Shown: piece by piece, positions 9,157-19,243 of the stretch | Layout of the letters: each line of letters begins with the position of its first letter | How positions within the stretch are numbered: position 1 is the first letter of the stretch | Source: an uncultured archaeon | GTDB lineage: Archaea > Asgardarchaeota > Thorarchaeia > Thorarchaeales > Thorarchaeaceae | Direction of reading: 5' to 3' | DNA length: 33,398 nt | Assembly (NCBI GenBank): GCA_964473825.1 | Contig: CAYYQL010000009.1 | Location: forward strand, 1-33,398 | Program-made: the position numbers and the translations under genes | The notes under the pieces: model-generated | Seen by the model: the letters and a program-made list of their open reading frames with translations, nothing else | What the model was told of the DNA's origin: nothing | The model's database searches: none

Positions 9157-9474
9157 CTAGCATTTTGACCTACAGTCAGCCAAGAGATTCTTGATGTGGT
9201 CCGACCAGCGCGGTTGGAGCTTCAACGCACGCTCAGCACAGCAGATAGCATCGTCGTATTGCTCCAGTCTGTAATGGAGTTGTGCCTTGTAGTACCAAGC
9301 GTGTGCATAGTCTTCGCGTGTATCAATTGCCTTCTGATATGAGGACACTGCCTCTTCCAGACGGCCATTCTTCTCATGACTCTTAGCATCCCTGTAATGG
9401 TCGAAATGCGTCTTAGGCATCTCATCATACACAGTGGGATCCTCCACACGTGGTATAGATGGATAGTTATTCAA
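9157..9474 (-). CDS. Small TPR protein
   Basis: Two TPR units: EEAVSSYQKAID..YAHAWYYKA and DDAICCAERALKLQP. Start uncertain. Confidence 0.8.
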   Translation of the reverse strand: MNNYPSIPRVEDPTVYDEMPKTHFDHYRDAKSHEKNGRLEEAVSSYQKAIDTREDYAHAWYYKAQLHYRLEQYDDAICCAERALKLQPRWSDHIKNLLADCRSKC

Positions 9475-9515
9475 ATAAGCCTGCTGGGATGGTAACCATC
9501 CCCAAAATTCTCGAA

Positions 9516-9926
9516 CTAATCACTGCGAAACTCACAGAGTTCCAACAAGACGCCTGATGTGGACTTCGGATGAACAAACGCAATCTTCATTCCATGGGCA
9601 CCCGTCCGGGCCTTCTCATCTATCAATCGTGCCCCGTTCTCTGCATGCTCAGCCAAGCTCTTCTCTATTGAATCCACTGTCACTGCGATATGATGGATGC
9701 CGGAACCTCTCTTCTCAAGAAATCTGCTTATCGGACTGTCATCCGCAGTTGGTTCCAGTAGCTCGATTCTACTCTCTCCTATCTCAAGGAAGGCAACCCT
9801 GACCTTCTGTTCGGGAATATCTTCGGTGCCGGAATATACCAGGCCTAGAATGTCACGGTAGTATGGAAGCGCCTGCTCGATGGATTCAACGGCTATTCCA
9901 ACATGATCAATCTTATCTACAGTCAT
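9516..9926 (-). CDS. mce: Methylmalonyl-CoA epimerase
   Basis: IDHVGIAV, IELLEP, GIHHIA and FVHPKSTSGVLLEL. Lies in the mutase operon. Confidence 0.95.
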   Translation of the reverse strand: MTVDKIDHVGIAVESIEQALPYYRDILGLVYSGTEDIPEQKVRVAFLEIGESRIELLEPTADDSPISRFLEKRGSGIHHIAVTVDSIEKSLAEHAENGARLIDEKARTGAHGMKIAFVHPKSTSGVLLELCEFRSD

Positions 9927-9938
9927 ATCTCTTCACCT

Positions 9939-11609
9939 CTAGAGGATATCAGGAGCCTGATATTCGCCAAACACCGCACGCAGAACTGCGCATATCTCTC
10001 CAAGAGTTGCATACGTCCTCACTGCATCTATGATAAACGGCATCAGATTATCATCTGCCTTTGCAGCCCGTTTCAGACTCCCAAGAGAAACAGTTACAGC
10101 CTCAGCATCTCGAGAGGTTCTTATCTGCTCCAAAGACGCAATCTGCAACCGCTCAGTCGCGGGGTCAACCCGCATGAGATCAAATCGTTCATCCTCCTCA
10201 ACAGTGAACTCATTGACACCAACTACGACCCGACTTCTCTCATCAACTTGCTTCTGGTACAGATAGGCACTGTCACTGATCTCTCTCTGGATGAACCCCC
10301 TCTCGATTGCAGCAGGGGCGCCGCCCATCTCGTCGATACGCTCGATGTATTCGGTGGCTCGTTTCTCAATCTCATCCGTGAGATACTCAATGAAGTAGGA
10401 ACCTGCCAGAGGGTCAACAGTGTCACCAACGCTACTCTCATGTGCAATGATCTGCTGTGTTCTTAGGGCAATCCTCACAGAGTCCACGGTGGGAAGGGAC
10501 AGAGCTTCATCTCGCGAATTGGTATGAAGAGATTGTGTACCCCCCAATACCGCCTGTAGCGCCTGCAACGTGACACGGACCACGTTGTTATCCGGTTGTT
10601 GTGCGGTTAGAGTACATCCAGCCGTCTGGGTATGAAATCGCATCCTGCAGGATTTCTCATCTTTGGCACCGAATCGATTGCGCATAATCTTCGCCCAGAG
10701 GCGTCGGGCAGCCCTGAATTTCGCAATCTCCTCAAAGAAGCCGCTATGAGAACCAAAGAAGAAAGACAGTCGCGATGCAAAGTCATCGATGTCCAACCCG
10801 GCCTTTACAGCAGCCTCCACATATGCAATCCCATCTGCTATCGTGAACGCCACTTCCTGAACTGCAGAAGAGCCGGCCTCCCGAATGTGATAGCCCGAGA
10901 TTGATATGGTGTTCCAGCGAGGCATCTTGGAACTGCAGAACTTGAATACATCAGTTATCAGCCGCATAGAAGGAGCAGGTGGAAAGATGTAAGTCCCTCG
11001 AGCGACGTACTCTTTGAGTATATCATTCTGAATCGTACCGCGGAGTTTCTCTATGGGGACACCCTGTTTTTCAGCCACGACAATATACATTGCAAGCAGG
11101 ACTGACGCAGGGGCGTTGATTGTCATGGAAGTGCTTACGCGCCCCAGCGGTATTGAATCGAACAGGACCTCCATGTCGGCAAGCGAGTCGATTGCGACAC
11201 CTACTTTGCCCACTTCGCCCTGTGAGAGTGGATGGTCAGAGTCGTAGCCTATCTGAGTAGGCAGGTCGAATGCAACTGATAGTCCAGTCTGACCCTGTTC
11301 CAGCAAGAAACGAAATCGTTCGTTTGTTTCTTTTGCGGTGGCAAATCCGCTATATTGCCGCATAGTCCAGAATCTCCCACGGTACATTGTAGGCTGAACG
11401 CCGCGAGTGAATGGGTAAATCCCCGGAAATCCTAGCTCCGCGAGATAGTCTAGATTCTTCGTATCAAGTGGAGTGTAAAGACGCTTGACGGGTATTCCAG
11501 ATAATGTCTTGAACGCATCCTCACGTTCTGGATAGCGTCTTATGGTGTCTGATACGAGCCCGTCTTCCCAGCTCTCAAGAGCATCCGAGAGCTCTTTCTC
11601 TTCAGTCAT
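9939..11609 (-). CDS. mcmA1: Methylmalonyl-CoA mutase, large (substrate-binding) subunit
   Basis: [17 protein letters not shown] (Tyr89 equivalent), [14 protein letters not shown] (Arg207 equivalent) and ISISGYH. Confidence 0.95.
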   Translation of the reverse strand: MTEEKELSDALESWEDGLVSDTIRRYPEREDAFKTLSGIPVKRLYTPLDTKNLDYLAELGFPGIYPFTRGVQPTMYRGRFWTMRQYSGFATAKETNERFRFLLEQGQTGLSVAFDLPTQIGYDSDHPLSQGEVGKVGVAIDSLADMEVLFDSIPLGRVSTSMTINAPASVLLAMYIVVAEKQGVPIEKLRGTIQNDILKEYVARGTYIFPPAPSMRLITDVFKFCSSKMPRWNTISISGYHIREAGSSAVQEVAFTIADGIAYVEAAVKAGLDIDDFASRLSFFFGSHSGFFEEIAKFRAARRLWAKIMRNRFGAKDEKSCRMRFHTQTAGCTLTAQQPDNNVVRVTLQALQAVLGGTQSLHTNSRDEALSLPTVDSVRIALRTQQIIAHESSVGDTVDPLAGSYFIEYLTDEIEKRATEYIERIDEMGGAPAAIERGFIQREISDSAYLYQKQVDERSRVVVGVNEFTVEEDERFDLMRVDPATERLQIASLEQIRTSRDAEAVTVSLGSLKRAAKADDNLMPFIIDAVRTYATLGEICAVLRAVFGEYQAPDIL

Positions 11610-11620
11610 TCCTCATTCAC

Positions 11621-12580
11621 CTACTCTCTGTAGCTTGCTAGAAATTCAGCAATCATGCGCTGCGCAACAGAATACGGATCATCTGAACGGCATGCAATCT
11701 TCTCGATTGCTGCGGCATATTCAGGACTGTCTTGGAACTTGGCAAGCAGTTTACGTGTGAGGCGATATCGCATTATATCCTCAAGTTCATCCCTGCTTCG
11801 TTTCAGTTCACTCTCCTCAAAGGCGCCGCTGGCTTTCAAATAGTCCATATGGGCTGCAATCTTGTCTACGAGTTCTGCAATCCCCTCACTCTTACGAGCG
11901 TTTGTTGTGACCACAGGAGGCCGCCAATCACTCATTTTCTGATCCAAGTCCAGCATTGCATTGATCTCTGTCACCTTCTTGTCGGCACCAAGCAGGTCAC
12001 ACTTGTTCACGACGAAGACATCACCAATCTCCATAATGCCCGCCTTGATTGCCTGTATATCATCTCCACTTCCAGGAACGTCCGTGACAACCACTGTATG
12101 TGCAATATCTACTACTTCAACCTCTGATTGTCCTGCCCCCACAGTCTCCACTATGACGATATCCTTTCCAGATGCATCAAGAACACGTACAGCGTCGGAC
12201 GTAGCTCTTGCAATTCCACCGAGATGTCCTCTGGTACCCATGCTGCGCATGTATACTCCATCATCAAGACTGTGCTCCTGCATTCTGATCCTATCTCCCA
12301 ACAGAGCACCTCCCGAAAATGGACTAGAGGGGTCGACACAGATGATTCCAACTGTCTTATTCCGTGACCTATAGACTGTGGTCATCCTCGTCACTAAGGT
12401 ACTCTTGCCAGAACCAGGAGGACCAGTTACACCAACAATATGCGCATTACCGGTGTGGCGATACAGATCACATAGAGCGACATCAGCCTCCGGGCGCTCA
12501 TCTTCGATGAGAGAAATCATCTTCGCCAGAGCGCGTCTCTCTCCAGCGAGGACGCCCTTGACCAAGTCATGAACAGGCAA
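11621..12580 (-). CDS. meaB: MeaB/ArgK G3E GTPase chaperone
   Basis: GVTGPPGSGKST, VDPSSPFSGGALLGDRIRM, VETVGAGQSE and NKCD. Confidence 0.96.
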   Translation of the reverse strand: MPVHDLVKGVLAGERRALAKMISLIEDERPEADVALCDLYRHTGNAHIVGVTGPPGSGKSTLVTRMTTVYRSRNKTVGIICVDPSSPFSGGALLGDRIRMQEHSLDDGVYMRSMGTRGHLGGIARATSDAVRVLDASGKDIVIVETVGAGQSEVEVVDIAHTVVVTDVPGSGDDIQAIKAGIMEIGDVFVVNKCDLLGADKKVTEINAMLDLDQKMSDWRPPVVTTNARKSEGIAELVDKIAAHMDYLKASGAFEESELKRSRDELEDIMRYRLTRKLLAKFQDSPEYAAAIEKIACRSDDPYSVAQRMIAEFLASYRE

Positions 12581-12604
12581 GTACTATTCCACCCCAAGCT
12601 GCAA

Positions 12605-13003
12605 TCATTTGACATTCTTCTTGACATACTCGACAATCTCATCAAGTGGAGTGCCAGGGCCAAAGACCTCGGCAATGCCCACCTTCTTTAATTCAGGAAC
12701 ATCATCTTGAGGGATGATTCCCCCGGCAATGACAAGCACATCGTCAGCACCCTCTTTTCTGAGCAGTTCCATGATTCTTGGAAACAGAGCCATATGGGCA
12801 CCACTCAGAATGCTTAGCCCTACAACATCAACTGATTCGTCTATCGCAGCGCGGGCAATCATCTCAGGAGTCTGACGTAGGCCGGTGTAGATGACTTCCA
12901 TTCCAGCGTCTCGAAACGCTCTTGCGACAACTTTCGCACCCCGATCGTGACCATCGAGACCAGGCTTTGCTACAAGAACTCTGATTTTTTTGGATGAACT
13001 CAA
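12605..13003 (-). CDS. mcmA2: Acyl-CoA mutase cobalamin-binding (small) subunit
   Basis: [10 protein letters not shown] (DxHxxG), GLSILSGAH and GGII..FGPGT. Confidence 0.95.
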   Translation of the reverse strand: MSSSKKIRVLVAKPGLDGHDRGAKVVARAFRDAGMEVIYTGLRQTPEMIARAAIDESVDVVGLSILSGAHMALFPRIMELLRKEGADDVLVIAGGIIPQDDVPELKKVGIAEVFGPGTPLDEIVEYVKKNVK

Positions 13004-13050
13004 GTGTACACCTCTGTACGGTGTTTACTTCGCTGACAAACCGAGTCCAG

Positions 13051-13066
13051 ATATAAAGACTTTCGA
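13051..13066 (-). promoter_or_regulatory. Archaeal BRE-TATA promoter of the mutase operon
   Basis: Minus strand reads CGAAAG-TC-TTTATAT about 50 nt upstream of the start at 13003. Confidence 0.6.
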
Positions 13067-13109
13067 TGGAATCGCCATTGACACACATTGAGACACTTCT
13101 CTCAATCAA

Positions 13110-14132
13110 TCATTCCTCAATGATGTGAACAATGTTTTCTCTGCCCTCTCTAAAGCGCTTCACGAGACCTCTTTCTTCAAGATTGCTGAGAACAAGACTC
13201 ACTTTTGCCTGGGACATTCCTGACACCATATAGAGATCCTTCTGTGGGCAAGAACCACCCTTCCCTCGAATTATATCGAGCATCTCTTCTTCATCATCGG
13301 TGATGCCAACAACCTTCACAGAACCTATGTTGCGTATTCGATTCAATGCATGCGGCCCATATTTCACAACTAAGACACCGAAGAAAAAGGAACTCACAGC
13401 CAGAGCGATGAGATGTATCAGGGGAAACGATGTTTCAGTCACAACCGACAGCGGCACCTCATATTTTGCAATGAAGACACTCTCTTGTCCGGGTTGTAGT
13501 TCGTCAACATCCCAGATGAAGGCGATTGAATGACCATCAGTGTAGTTCGATTGGGTCTCTGGAAAGATTGGAGCAATCGTCTCCTGAGAGAGGGATGCAT
13601 GAGGAGGCAGCACCAACTGGAAGGTGAAATTGTAGAAGGCTACAGAGGGACGCACATAGTAAATGAAACTGCCTTGCATGGCATCTCCCGGAAATGGAGG
13701 CGTTGTCTGCGAGATAATGTCACCACAGACCAGTTCGATATGGAGTCTGATAGATTCACCAACATCAAGCTGGCGTTCCAACTGGATTTCGACCAGGCTA
13801 TAGCGATTCAGCTTCTGAAGTGCCGCATCTGCAAGCGACTCGTTGAGAGTAACGAGAAGAAGTGAGGCATCCAGAGACTCGATTCTGAAAGAAAGCATCG
13901 CATCTGCTCCTGATTCAGCGGATCTGATGGTAGCATCAACACTCAGATGGGTCGAGCCGTTTACAGAAGTTGATGCACGAATAGTGACAGGGTCCAAGAA
14001 TACTGCACTGGATTGTGCCGGAGTAAATCCCTCTACTTGGCCCATGGTGACCAGGGACACTACAAAGACACCACAAAGAGCTATGATGGATAGATGATGC
14101 CACTTCATTGTTGACCACCAAGGGGACTTCAT
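13110..14132 (-). CDS. Membrane-anchored protein with extracellular domain and C-terminal winged HTH (COG2512-like)
   Basis: N-terminal hydrophobic segment, beta-rich domain and TM helix, then GGSCPQKDL..MSQAKVSLVLSNLEERGLVKRFREGRENIV. Confidence 0.8.
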   Translation of the reverse strand: MKSPWWSTMKWHHLSIIALCGVFVVSLVTMGQVEGFTPAQSSAVFLDPVTIRASTSVNGSTHLSVDATIRSAESGADAMLSFRIESLDASLLLVTLNESLADAALQKLNRYSLVEIQLERQLDVGESIRLHIELVCGDIISQTTPPFPGDAMQGSFIYYVRPSVAFYNFTFQLVLPPHASLSQETIAPIFPETQSNYTDGHSIAFIWDVDELQPGQESVFIAKYEVPLSVVTETSFPLIHLIALAVSSFFFGVLVVKYGPHALNRIRNIGSVKVVGITDDEEEMLDIIRGKGGSCPQKDLYMVSGMSQAKVSLVLSNLEERGLVKRFREGRENIVHIIEE

Positions 14133-14214
14133 CCAGATGTGAAAGGCCGCAGTTTAGAATCATTCGGAATTGCCAATAAAAGGGATGGCGGCAATAGTAT
14201 GCCGCCTGATGACT

Positions 14215-15387
14215 CTATCGTTTCTTGATTACTGCTGCTACGGCAATCAAGACAACGACGATGCCAATACCTGCCACAAACACGAGTTCTGTTGGGAGGG
14301 CGCCGCGGGGAGCTTGGTCTGCGTAGAGACCAATCGAGGGGTCGTGGACTATCGAGCCTCCATTGAAGTTGGGATAGGCAAGATAGAGTGCCAGCCCGTT
14401 TCCTGTCGGGAGATACGAGGCAGTCACGTTCACAACCTCTTCTGGTGCTCCAGGGAGTGTCATGACGGCTTTATCGAGCCAAGAATAGAATCCTAAGGCT
14501 GCATCGTCAACCGCATCTACAAATTGGATTGTCTGTGTATCAGTACCGACTCGGTTCTCAAATCGGCTCTCATTTCCTACGGCAGCGCTCCAGTCTACCG
14601 ACGAGTCTCCAGTGAAGTTGCCTTGATGTTCCCTCACACGGTAACGGTGTCTTTCACGATTCTGTTGCCGAGCTGCCTGGTCCTCTCTGAGTACAGACTG
14701 CAGCGCAACCTGGGAGGTTTCGGTGCTGAACGGGAAGTTGCCAATCTCGATGTCAATCTTGAGTTCAGTACCTCCAGCAACGAGGTAAGAGGCACGAACC
14801 CCTTGCTCGTCCGAGATCTCTCCGCTGTAGTCTTCGAGGTAGATGTGCGCCCAGAACTGAAGGGTGACATCCTCGAACCGTTCGACTGAACCTCCACCGG
14901 TCATCCCAGGAGGATCAACGGGGGGCATCATGCCGCCACTCTTCGACCCACCCTTGGTGTACTTCAGCCAGACCTCGGTCACCGAGCCGTTTTCATCCGT
15001 AACGGAACCAGTCTGAATGGTCCATTCATAGGCCGCCAAGGGGGCGAAGTATAGGGACTCATTCGACTGAAATGCTCTGTCGCCATTCGCGTCTTCGAAT
15101 TCGACCAGCATCAGATAAGAAACTGAGAACTTGGCCAGACTCCCGTTTTCATCTGCTGTATACCAGAAATGAAACATCGGTAATTCACCATTTGCCATGA
15201 TAGTTATGATTTCAGTACTCAAGAAGACGTTTCCAGCTTCATCCCTCCGTTGGTCAGGAGGACCATAACGAGGAGATATCGGCGGGCCATCGCCCTGAGC
15301 GCTGGCAACTGAAATGACTGGCTGAACCAGTACGAACGCCAAGAGTACACCAAACATGATTTTCCAGTGCTGCTTCAACTTGTTCAC
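14215..15387 (-). CDS. Exported, C-terminally anchored hypothetical protein
   Basis: Signal peptide (..VASA), beta-rich body with IVHDPSIG, and C-terminal TM helix plus KKR. Confidence 0.75.
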   Translation of the reverse strand: MNKLKQHWKIMFGVLLAFVLVQPVISVASAQGDGPPISPRYGPPDQRRDEAGNVFLSTEIITIMANGELPMFHFWYTADENGSLAKFSVSYLMLVEFEDANGDRAFQSNESLYFAPLAAYEWTIQTGSVTDENGSVTEVWLKYTKGGSKSGGMMPPVDPPGMTGGGSVERFEDVTLQFWAHIYLEDYSGEISDEQGVRASYLVAGGTELKIDIEIGNFPFSTETSQVALQSVLREDQAARQQNRERHRYRVREHQGNFTGDSSVDWSAAVGNESRFENRVGTDTQTIQFVDAVDDAALGFYSWLDKAVMTLPGAPEEVVNVTASYLPTGNGLALYLAYPNFNGGSIVHDPSIGLYADQAPRGALPTELVFVAGIGIVVVLIAVAAVIKKR

Positions 15388-15619
15388 CTGAAGTTATCGT
15401 TCTCCCAACTCTATATAATGAATATTAAACGTCATAGATTTTCTAGAGAATGATAAAGGGACTATAGTACCTCTACAGTCGATTAAGGCTTTATGAATCC
15501 TTCAAATAGTCAGTTTGGGATAGGCGCGAAACAATGGAGGTAGAAGGTATGACTCGAAGCAATCCTTGCTATAGTGTTATTAGGCCTTTTCCGCTAAGTG
15601 CTAAACGGAGAAAAGAGAA

Positions 15620-15880
15620 ATGGCAGCAGAACCTGACCAGATGACCGAGTATGACTGGTTTGGCAAGGCTAGATCATGTGAAACCCGAGGCGACCTTGAG
15701 GAGGCCATCAAGGCATATGAGAAGGCCATCGATATTAATCCGGATTTTGCGAAAGCATGGTACTACAAGGCGAAACTGCATCTCAGGCTCGATCAGAAGG
15801 ATAAAGCCATAGAATGTGCAAAGAAGGCCTTGGAATTGAAACCCTCTTGGGAGAAGTTTGTAAAAGACATAATCGGCTGA
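15620..15880 (+). CDS. Small TPR protein (paralog of 9157..9474)
   Basis: EEAIKAYEKAIDINPDFAKAWYYKA and DKAIECAKKALELKP. GGAG RBS. Confidence 0.88.
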   Translation: MAAEPDQMTEYDWFGKARSCETRGDLEEAIKAYEKAIDINPDFAKAWYYKAKLHLRLDQKDKAIECAKKALELKPSWEKFVKDIIG

Positions 15881-15882
15881 GT

Positions 15883-16332
15883 TCATTTGAGAGCATCAGA
15901 TGCATCAGGGTAGAGAAGAACGAAGACAGCCTGATCTAGTTTGAGGATGCCTCTTTCAACCCAGGCCATGACCAGTTCAACATTCTCTTCGGAAGAGATT
16001 CTCTCCAGGGCTGCGAGGGTGGATTCCTCTGTGAAATCGTCTTTCAGCAGATGTTCGATGGTCTGAACAAGAATCATTCTCCTTGCGTCTGGGCTTGTTT
16101 CGGTGAGCCAATACAGCAATTCATCCATTGTCTTCTTGTCAATCTTAGTGTTTTGTGCGGCCCCCTCAACAGCATCAGAAATCTCAGATCTCGTGTTACC
16201 ATCTCTGATGTCTTTCAGCTCGTTCTCGATGATAGCCACCAGTGCATCAGTGTTCTCGGGATTGCTCTTCAATATATCAACAAGTGCGGATCGCGCCTTC
16301 ATGGGTCCAGTTGTGTCTTCTCGGCTGCTCAA
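15883..16332 (-). CDS. Hypothetical helical protein
   Basis: 149-aa acidic, amphipathic ORF with protein-like composition. No family recognised. Confidence 0.65.
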   Translation of the reverse strand: MSSREDTTGPMKARSALVDILKSNPENTDALVAIIENELKDIRDGNTRSEISDAVEGAAQNTKIDKKTMDELLYWLTETSPDARRMILVQTIEHLLKDDFTEESTLAALERISSEENVELVMAWVERGILKLDQAVFVLLYPDASDALK

Positions 16333-16455
16333 TGAAATCTGACTCCAGTATGGTTTTCGAGCTGCTAGTCAAGAACTTGCAGCGTGTGCTAAAATATGTG
16401 TCTGGTACAGAGTGGGTCACAGAACTCTGTTATCTGACTTGACAAGAAACACAAC

Positions 16456-16617
16456 CAAGGATGGGGCTGGTAACCATGTCCATTCTCATTGCACGCTGGG
16501 TAGGACCGACCGGGCCGTTCACTCTTGATTCAGGCCACAACCTTCAAGGGACCGGTGGAGTGGAGCTCACCGCTCTCCAAGTCCTACCCAACTGTCAGAA
16601 ACCCGATGGAGTCCTTG
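16456..16617. ncRNA. Putative structured RNA of unknown family
   Basis: Nested inverted repeats: CAAGGA/TCCTTG (16456-61, 16612-17), TCCAT/ATGGA (16479-83, 16606-10), TGGGTAGGAC/GTCCTACCCA (16497-506, 16581-90), ACCGG/CCGGT (16509-13, 16552-56) and CTCTTGA/TCAAGGG (16522-28, 16544-50), plus a hairpin at 16557-78. Confidence 0.55.
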
Positions 16618-16622
16618 TTCAG

Positions 16623-16642
16623 GCAATGCGGAGGTGCATTGC
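16623..16642. terminator. Hairpin at the HAD gene stop
   Basis: GCAATGC-GGAGGT-GCATTGC, a perfect 7-bp stem with no U tract. Confidence 0.4.
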
Positions 16643-17388
16643 TAGCGAAGCAGAGTTGTCAAGTGCTCAATGGACTGGGCTATGAGAAGAGGTTGTGACA
16701 TCCTCCCGTGTTCGTCCATCAGCTCTTCCAACGAGTGCCCACGCGCGTTGACCCAAATGGCATCGATCCCTAGGTTTGTGGCACCAACAACATCAGCATA
16801 GTACTCATCGCCCACATAGAGAGTGGTCGCTGGTCTTGAGTTCAGTTCCCGCATGGCATATCTGAAAGGCTCTGCTGAAGGCTTGTATGCCTTGACCACA
16901 GCCCCGTCGACGAAAGACTGAAAGAAGTCAGCGATGCCTGCTCGGTTCAGAATTGGCTGAATATGATTCACGAAAGCATTCGTGATCACACCCATCTGCA
17001 ACCCCCCTTCTTGAAGCAGGTCAAGCAAGTCTGATACGCCCGATCGAGGTTCAGAGAGCTCTAGATGGTATTTGCTGAAGAGCTCCGCAGTTTTCTGCGG
17101 TAAGTCTTCGTCGAAAGAGATTCCGATGTCGTGGAGAGATCTTGACAGAGCATCACGCACAACTTCAATCGGGTACTTGTAGGGGGCGCCGTCCACAATC
17201 TCCCGAATTTGCCCGAAGTAATGCTCCAGCAGATACGGAACGTATTCATCGAAGCACGCTTCAGCCTCTTGACCAATCTGTTTGAGCAGCCAGCGGCTTG
17301 CTGTCAGCGGGTAATGCTTGGTGTCAGTCAAGGTGTTGTCTAAGTCGAAGACTACGGCCTCGTAGTTGGCTAAAGATATCGGCGCCAC
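16642..17388 (-). CDS. HAD-superfamily hydrolase (subfamily IA)
   Basis: VVFDLDNTL (motif I), VITN, KP and YVGDEYYAD. Confidence 0.92.
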   Translation of the reverse strand: MAPISLANYEAVVFDLDNTLTDTKHYPLTASRWLLKQIGQEAEACFDEYVPYLLEHYFGQIREIVDGAPYKYPIEVVRDALSRSLHDIGISFDEDLPQKTAELFSKYHLELSEPRSGVSDLLDLLQEGGLQMGVITNAFVNHIQPILNRAGIADFFQSFVDGAVVKAYKPSAEPFRYAMRELNSRPATTLYVGDEYYADVVGATNLGIDAIWVNARGHSLEELMDEHGRMSQPLLIAQSIEHLTTLLR

Positions 17389-17406
17389 CTATAGACGCAT
17401 CTCCGC

Positions 17407-18180
17407 TTACTCGCCGCCCTTGCTCAAGTATATTCCATTGGGGTCCAAGCGATGCATGATATCGATTTGGTCCTGGGTCGGCACTTCTGTGACTGGTACG
17501 TCATCGGGCACAATCAAGTCAAACATGACATTGTCAAGAACGTCTTGGACAGAGTATCCCGGATGTACTGAGGCAAGCCTGATTCTGAGGGTGTCTGGCT
17601 CGAAGTCCATCTGGCACATGTCAGTGATAACCACCTCAGGTCCGCCTCCAACCATCGACCATTTCTCCCTCGATCCCGGCCCGTCCAAGTGCCCGGGACT
17701 CGTTCGATAGTCCAGTTCCTTCACGAACTTCCGTTTGTCATGTGTCATCATAATGATCAACCTCTTGGCAGAAGAGGCGATGTCATTTCCGCCACCGCTC
17801 CCCGGCAGTCGGACTTTCGGGTTCTCAAAACCACCGATGTATGTCGTGTTCAGATTCCCATATTCATCTATTTGAGCAGCTCCGAGAAAGCCAACATCTA
17901 TCCGACCCGCTTGAAGGATGAAGCCCAAGGTCTCTATCAATCCGATGGCGGCAGCTGACCTGTAATAGTATCGCGAGTCTGCAACCGAGAGGGGGACATT
18001 CTTTGGTCGGGCATCAATGAAACCGGCCTCGGATATGAGATTGGCATTAGGTGCATGAGTCTCTTTGGCCAACAGGGCAGCCAGAAGAGGGAGTCCTGTT
18101 CCCCCAAAGACGTTCTCACGATCTCTCACATGACGAGATGCACATGCCGCCAGAAACTCGATTTTGCTATAACTAACCAT
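17407..18180 (-). CDS. Family I CoA-transferase beta subunit (GctB-like)
   Basis: GTGLP, LISEAG (catalytic Glu equivalent), FLGAAQIDEYGNLN and RLPGSGGGND. AGGAGGAG RBS precedes ATG 18180. Confidence 0.9.
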   Translation of the reverse strand: MVSYSKIEFLAACASRHVRDRENVFGGTGLPLLAALLAKETHAPNANLISEAGFIDARPKNVPLSVADSRYYYRSAAAIGLIETLGFILQAGRIDVGFLGAAQIDEYGNLNTTYIGGFENPKVRLPGSGGGNDIASSAKRLIIMMTHDKRKFVKELDYRTSPGHLDGPGSREKWSMVGGGPEVVITDMCQMDFEPDTLRIRLASVHPGYSVQDVLDNVMFDLIVPDDVPVTEVPTQDQIDIMHRLDPNGIYLSKGGE

Positions 18181-18193
18181 AATATTCTCCTCC

Positions 18194-19105
18194 TTAGTAC
18201 CCCCATGGTCTTCGTGCTCGCAGGCTACAGAGATGTTCCCAGCCCACGAGCTCAAGATATGCATAATGATTCTCGACGCTCAGAATGTAGTTCTCCAGGT
18301 ATTCCTGCCAGCCCTCCTCGGTTCTAGTCATCTTGTGAAACATCTGTAGGTGACCAAGGTCATAGTCATAATAATCATGACATTCCACAGGATGTGCAAC
18401 ATACGGAAGAATGACAACGTGGTCAACGTACATTGCTGGAATCTTAGTCTGGTCTGGTCTGGTCCGTATCTCTTCTTGGTCAATAAGCTCCTCTGCAAGC
18501 ACAATCAACTTCTTGCCACAGCGAGATCCTTCCAGATCTTCGCCAACTATACCATCTATCTGTGCGTTTCCGGTCTGGTCGACTCTCTGAACATGGACTA
18601 TACTGAAGTCTGGCTGAAGAGAGGGAACAAGACATATCTTGTCGCCTGTGAAGGGGCAGTCGATGATCTCAAGTTTCTTCTCTCTGTACCGGGACTTCTC
18701 GACCATATCGGTTGCCATGAGGCTTCGTATTGGCATGAAGGGCACATTAAGTGCCCCTCCAAGAAAGCGCATTGCCATGGCGAGATTGCTGTAATCCTCG
18801 ATCTCGACCTTTCCCTCCGCAACTCGACGGCGCATGTTGTTTGCAAGACCCAAAGCCTCTATTGCGACAAAAGCAATTTCAAATCGTGATGCCACCCCAG
18901 CACCGGCCATGATCTCTAGGTCAACCTCAGATCCACAAGTATGGATCGTCAAGTCCCGTTTCTTCTGACGAACAAGCTCGTGTGCAAAGGCGATTGGAGC
19001 CCGCTGGTATCCAAAGCCACCCCAGAAGAGATCGGACCCGTTTGGAACCAGCTTCGCAGCTTCTTCCAGTGTTATTCGCTTATCTTCTATCTCTGCCTCG
19101 GTCAA
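18194..19105 (-). CDS. Family I CoA-transferase alpha subunit (GctA-like)
   Basis: GGF..RAPIAFAHELVRQ, GALNVPFMP, CPFTG, HVQRVD..GNAQI and YDYD. Confidence 0.9.
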   Translation of the reverse strand: MTEAEIEDKRITLEEAAKLVPNGSDLFWGGFGYQRAPIAFAHELVRQKKRDLTIHTCGSEVDLEIMAGAGVASRFEIAFVAIEALGLANNMRRRVAEGKVEIEDYSNLAMAMRFLGGALNVPFMPIRSLMATDMVEKSRYREKKLEIIDCPFTGDKICLVPSLQPDFSIVHVQRVDQTGNAQIDGIVGEDLEGSRCGKKLIVLAEELIDQEEIRTRPDQTKIPAMYVDHVVILPYVAHPVECHDYYDYDLGHLQMFHKMTRTEEGWQEYLENYILSVENHYAYLELVGWEHLCSLRARRPWGY

Positions 19106-19243
19106 GGTGTTTACCTACCTAAGTCAACTGCGACTGTACCTTAACCGCCTACACAGCCTGCCTTTTATCTTTGACGCGACAGATGACATGGACTTGCGTA
19201 ATCTGCTTGCGAACGCCAAGGCATTTCTTCGGTCAAGAATCCC

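Noticed and set aside
16456-16617. SRP RNA, RNase P RNA, tRNA, SECIS or cobalamin riboswitch identity for the structured element
   Set aside because: GGGGCTGGTAAC resembles some RNase P 5' ends, but GAGGAA/ACAGAA-type conserved regions are missing. There is no helix-8 AGG..GNRA..AGC, no T-loop, no B12 box, and no correctly oriented AUGA/GA core with an upstream UGA-containing gene.
16461-16685. 74-aa plus-strand ORF
   Set aside because: No recognisable motif; it overlaps the HAD gene antisense and the structured element.
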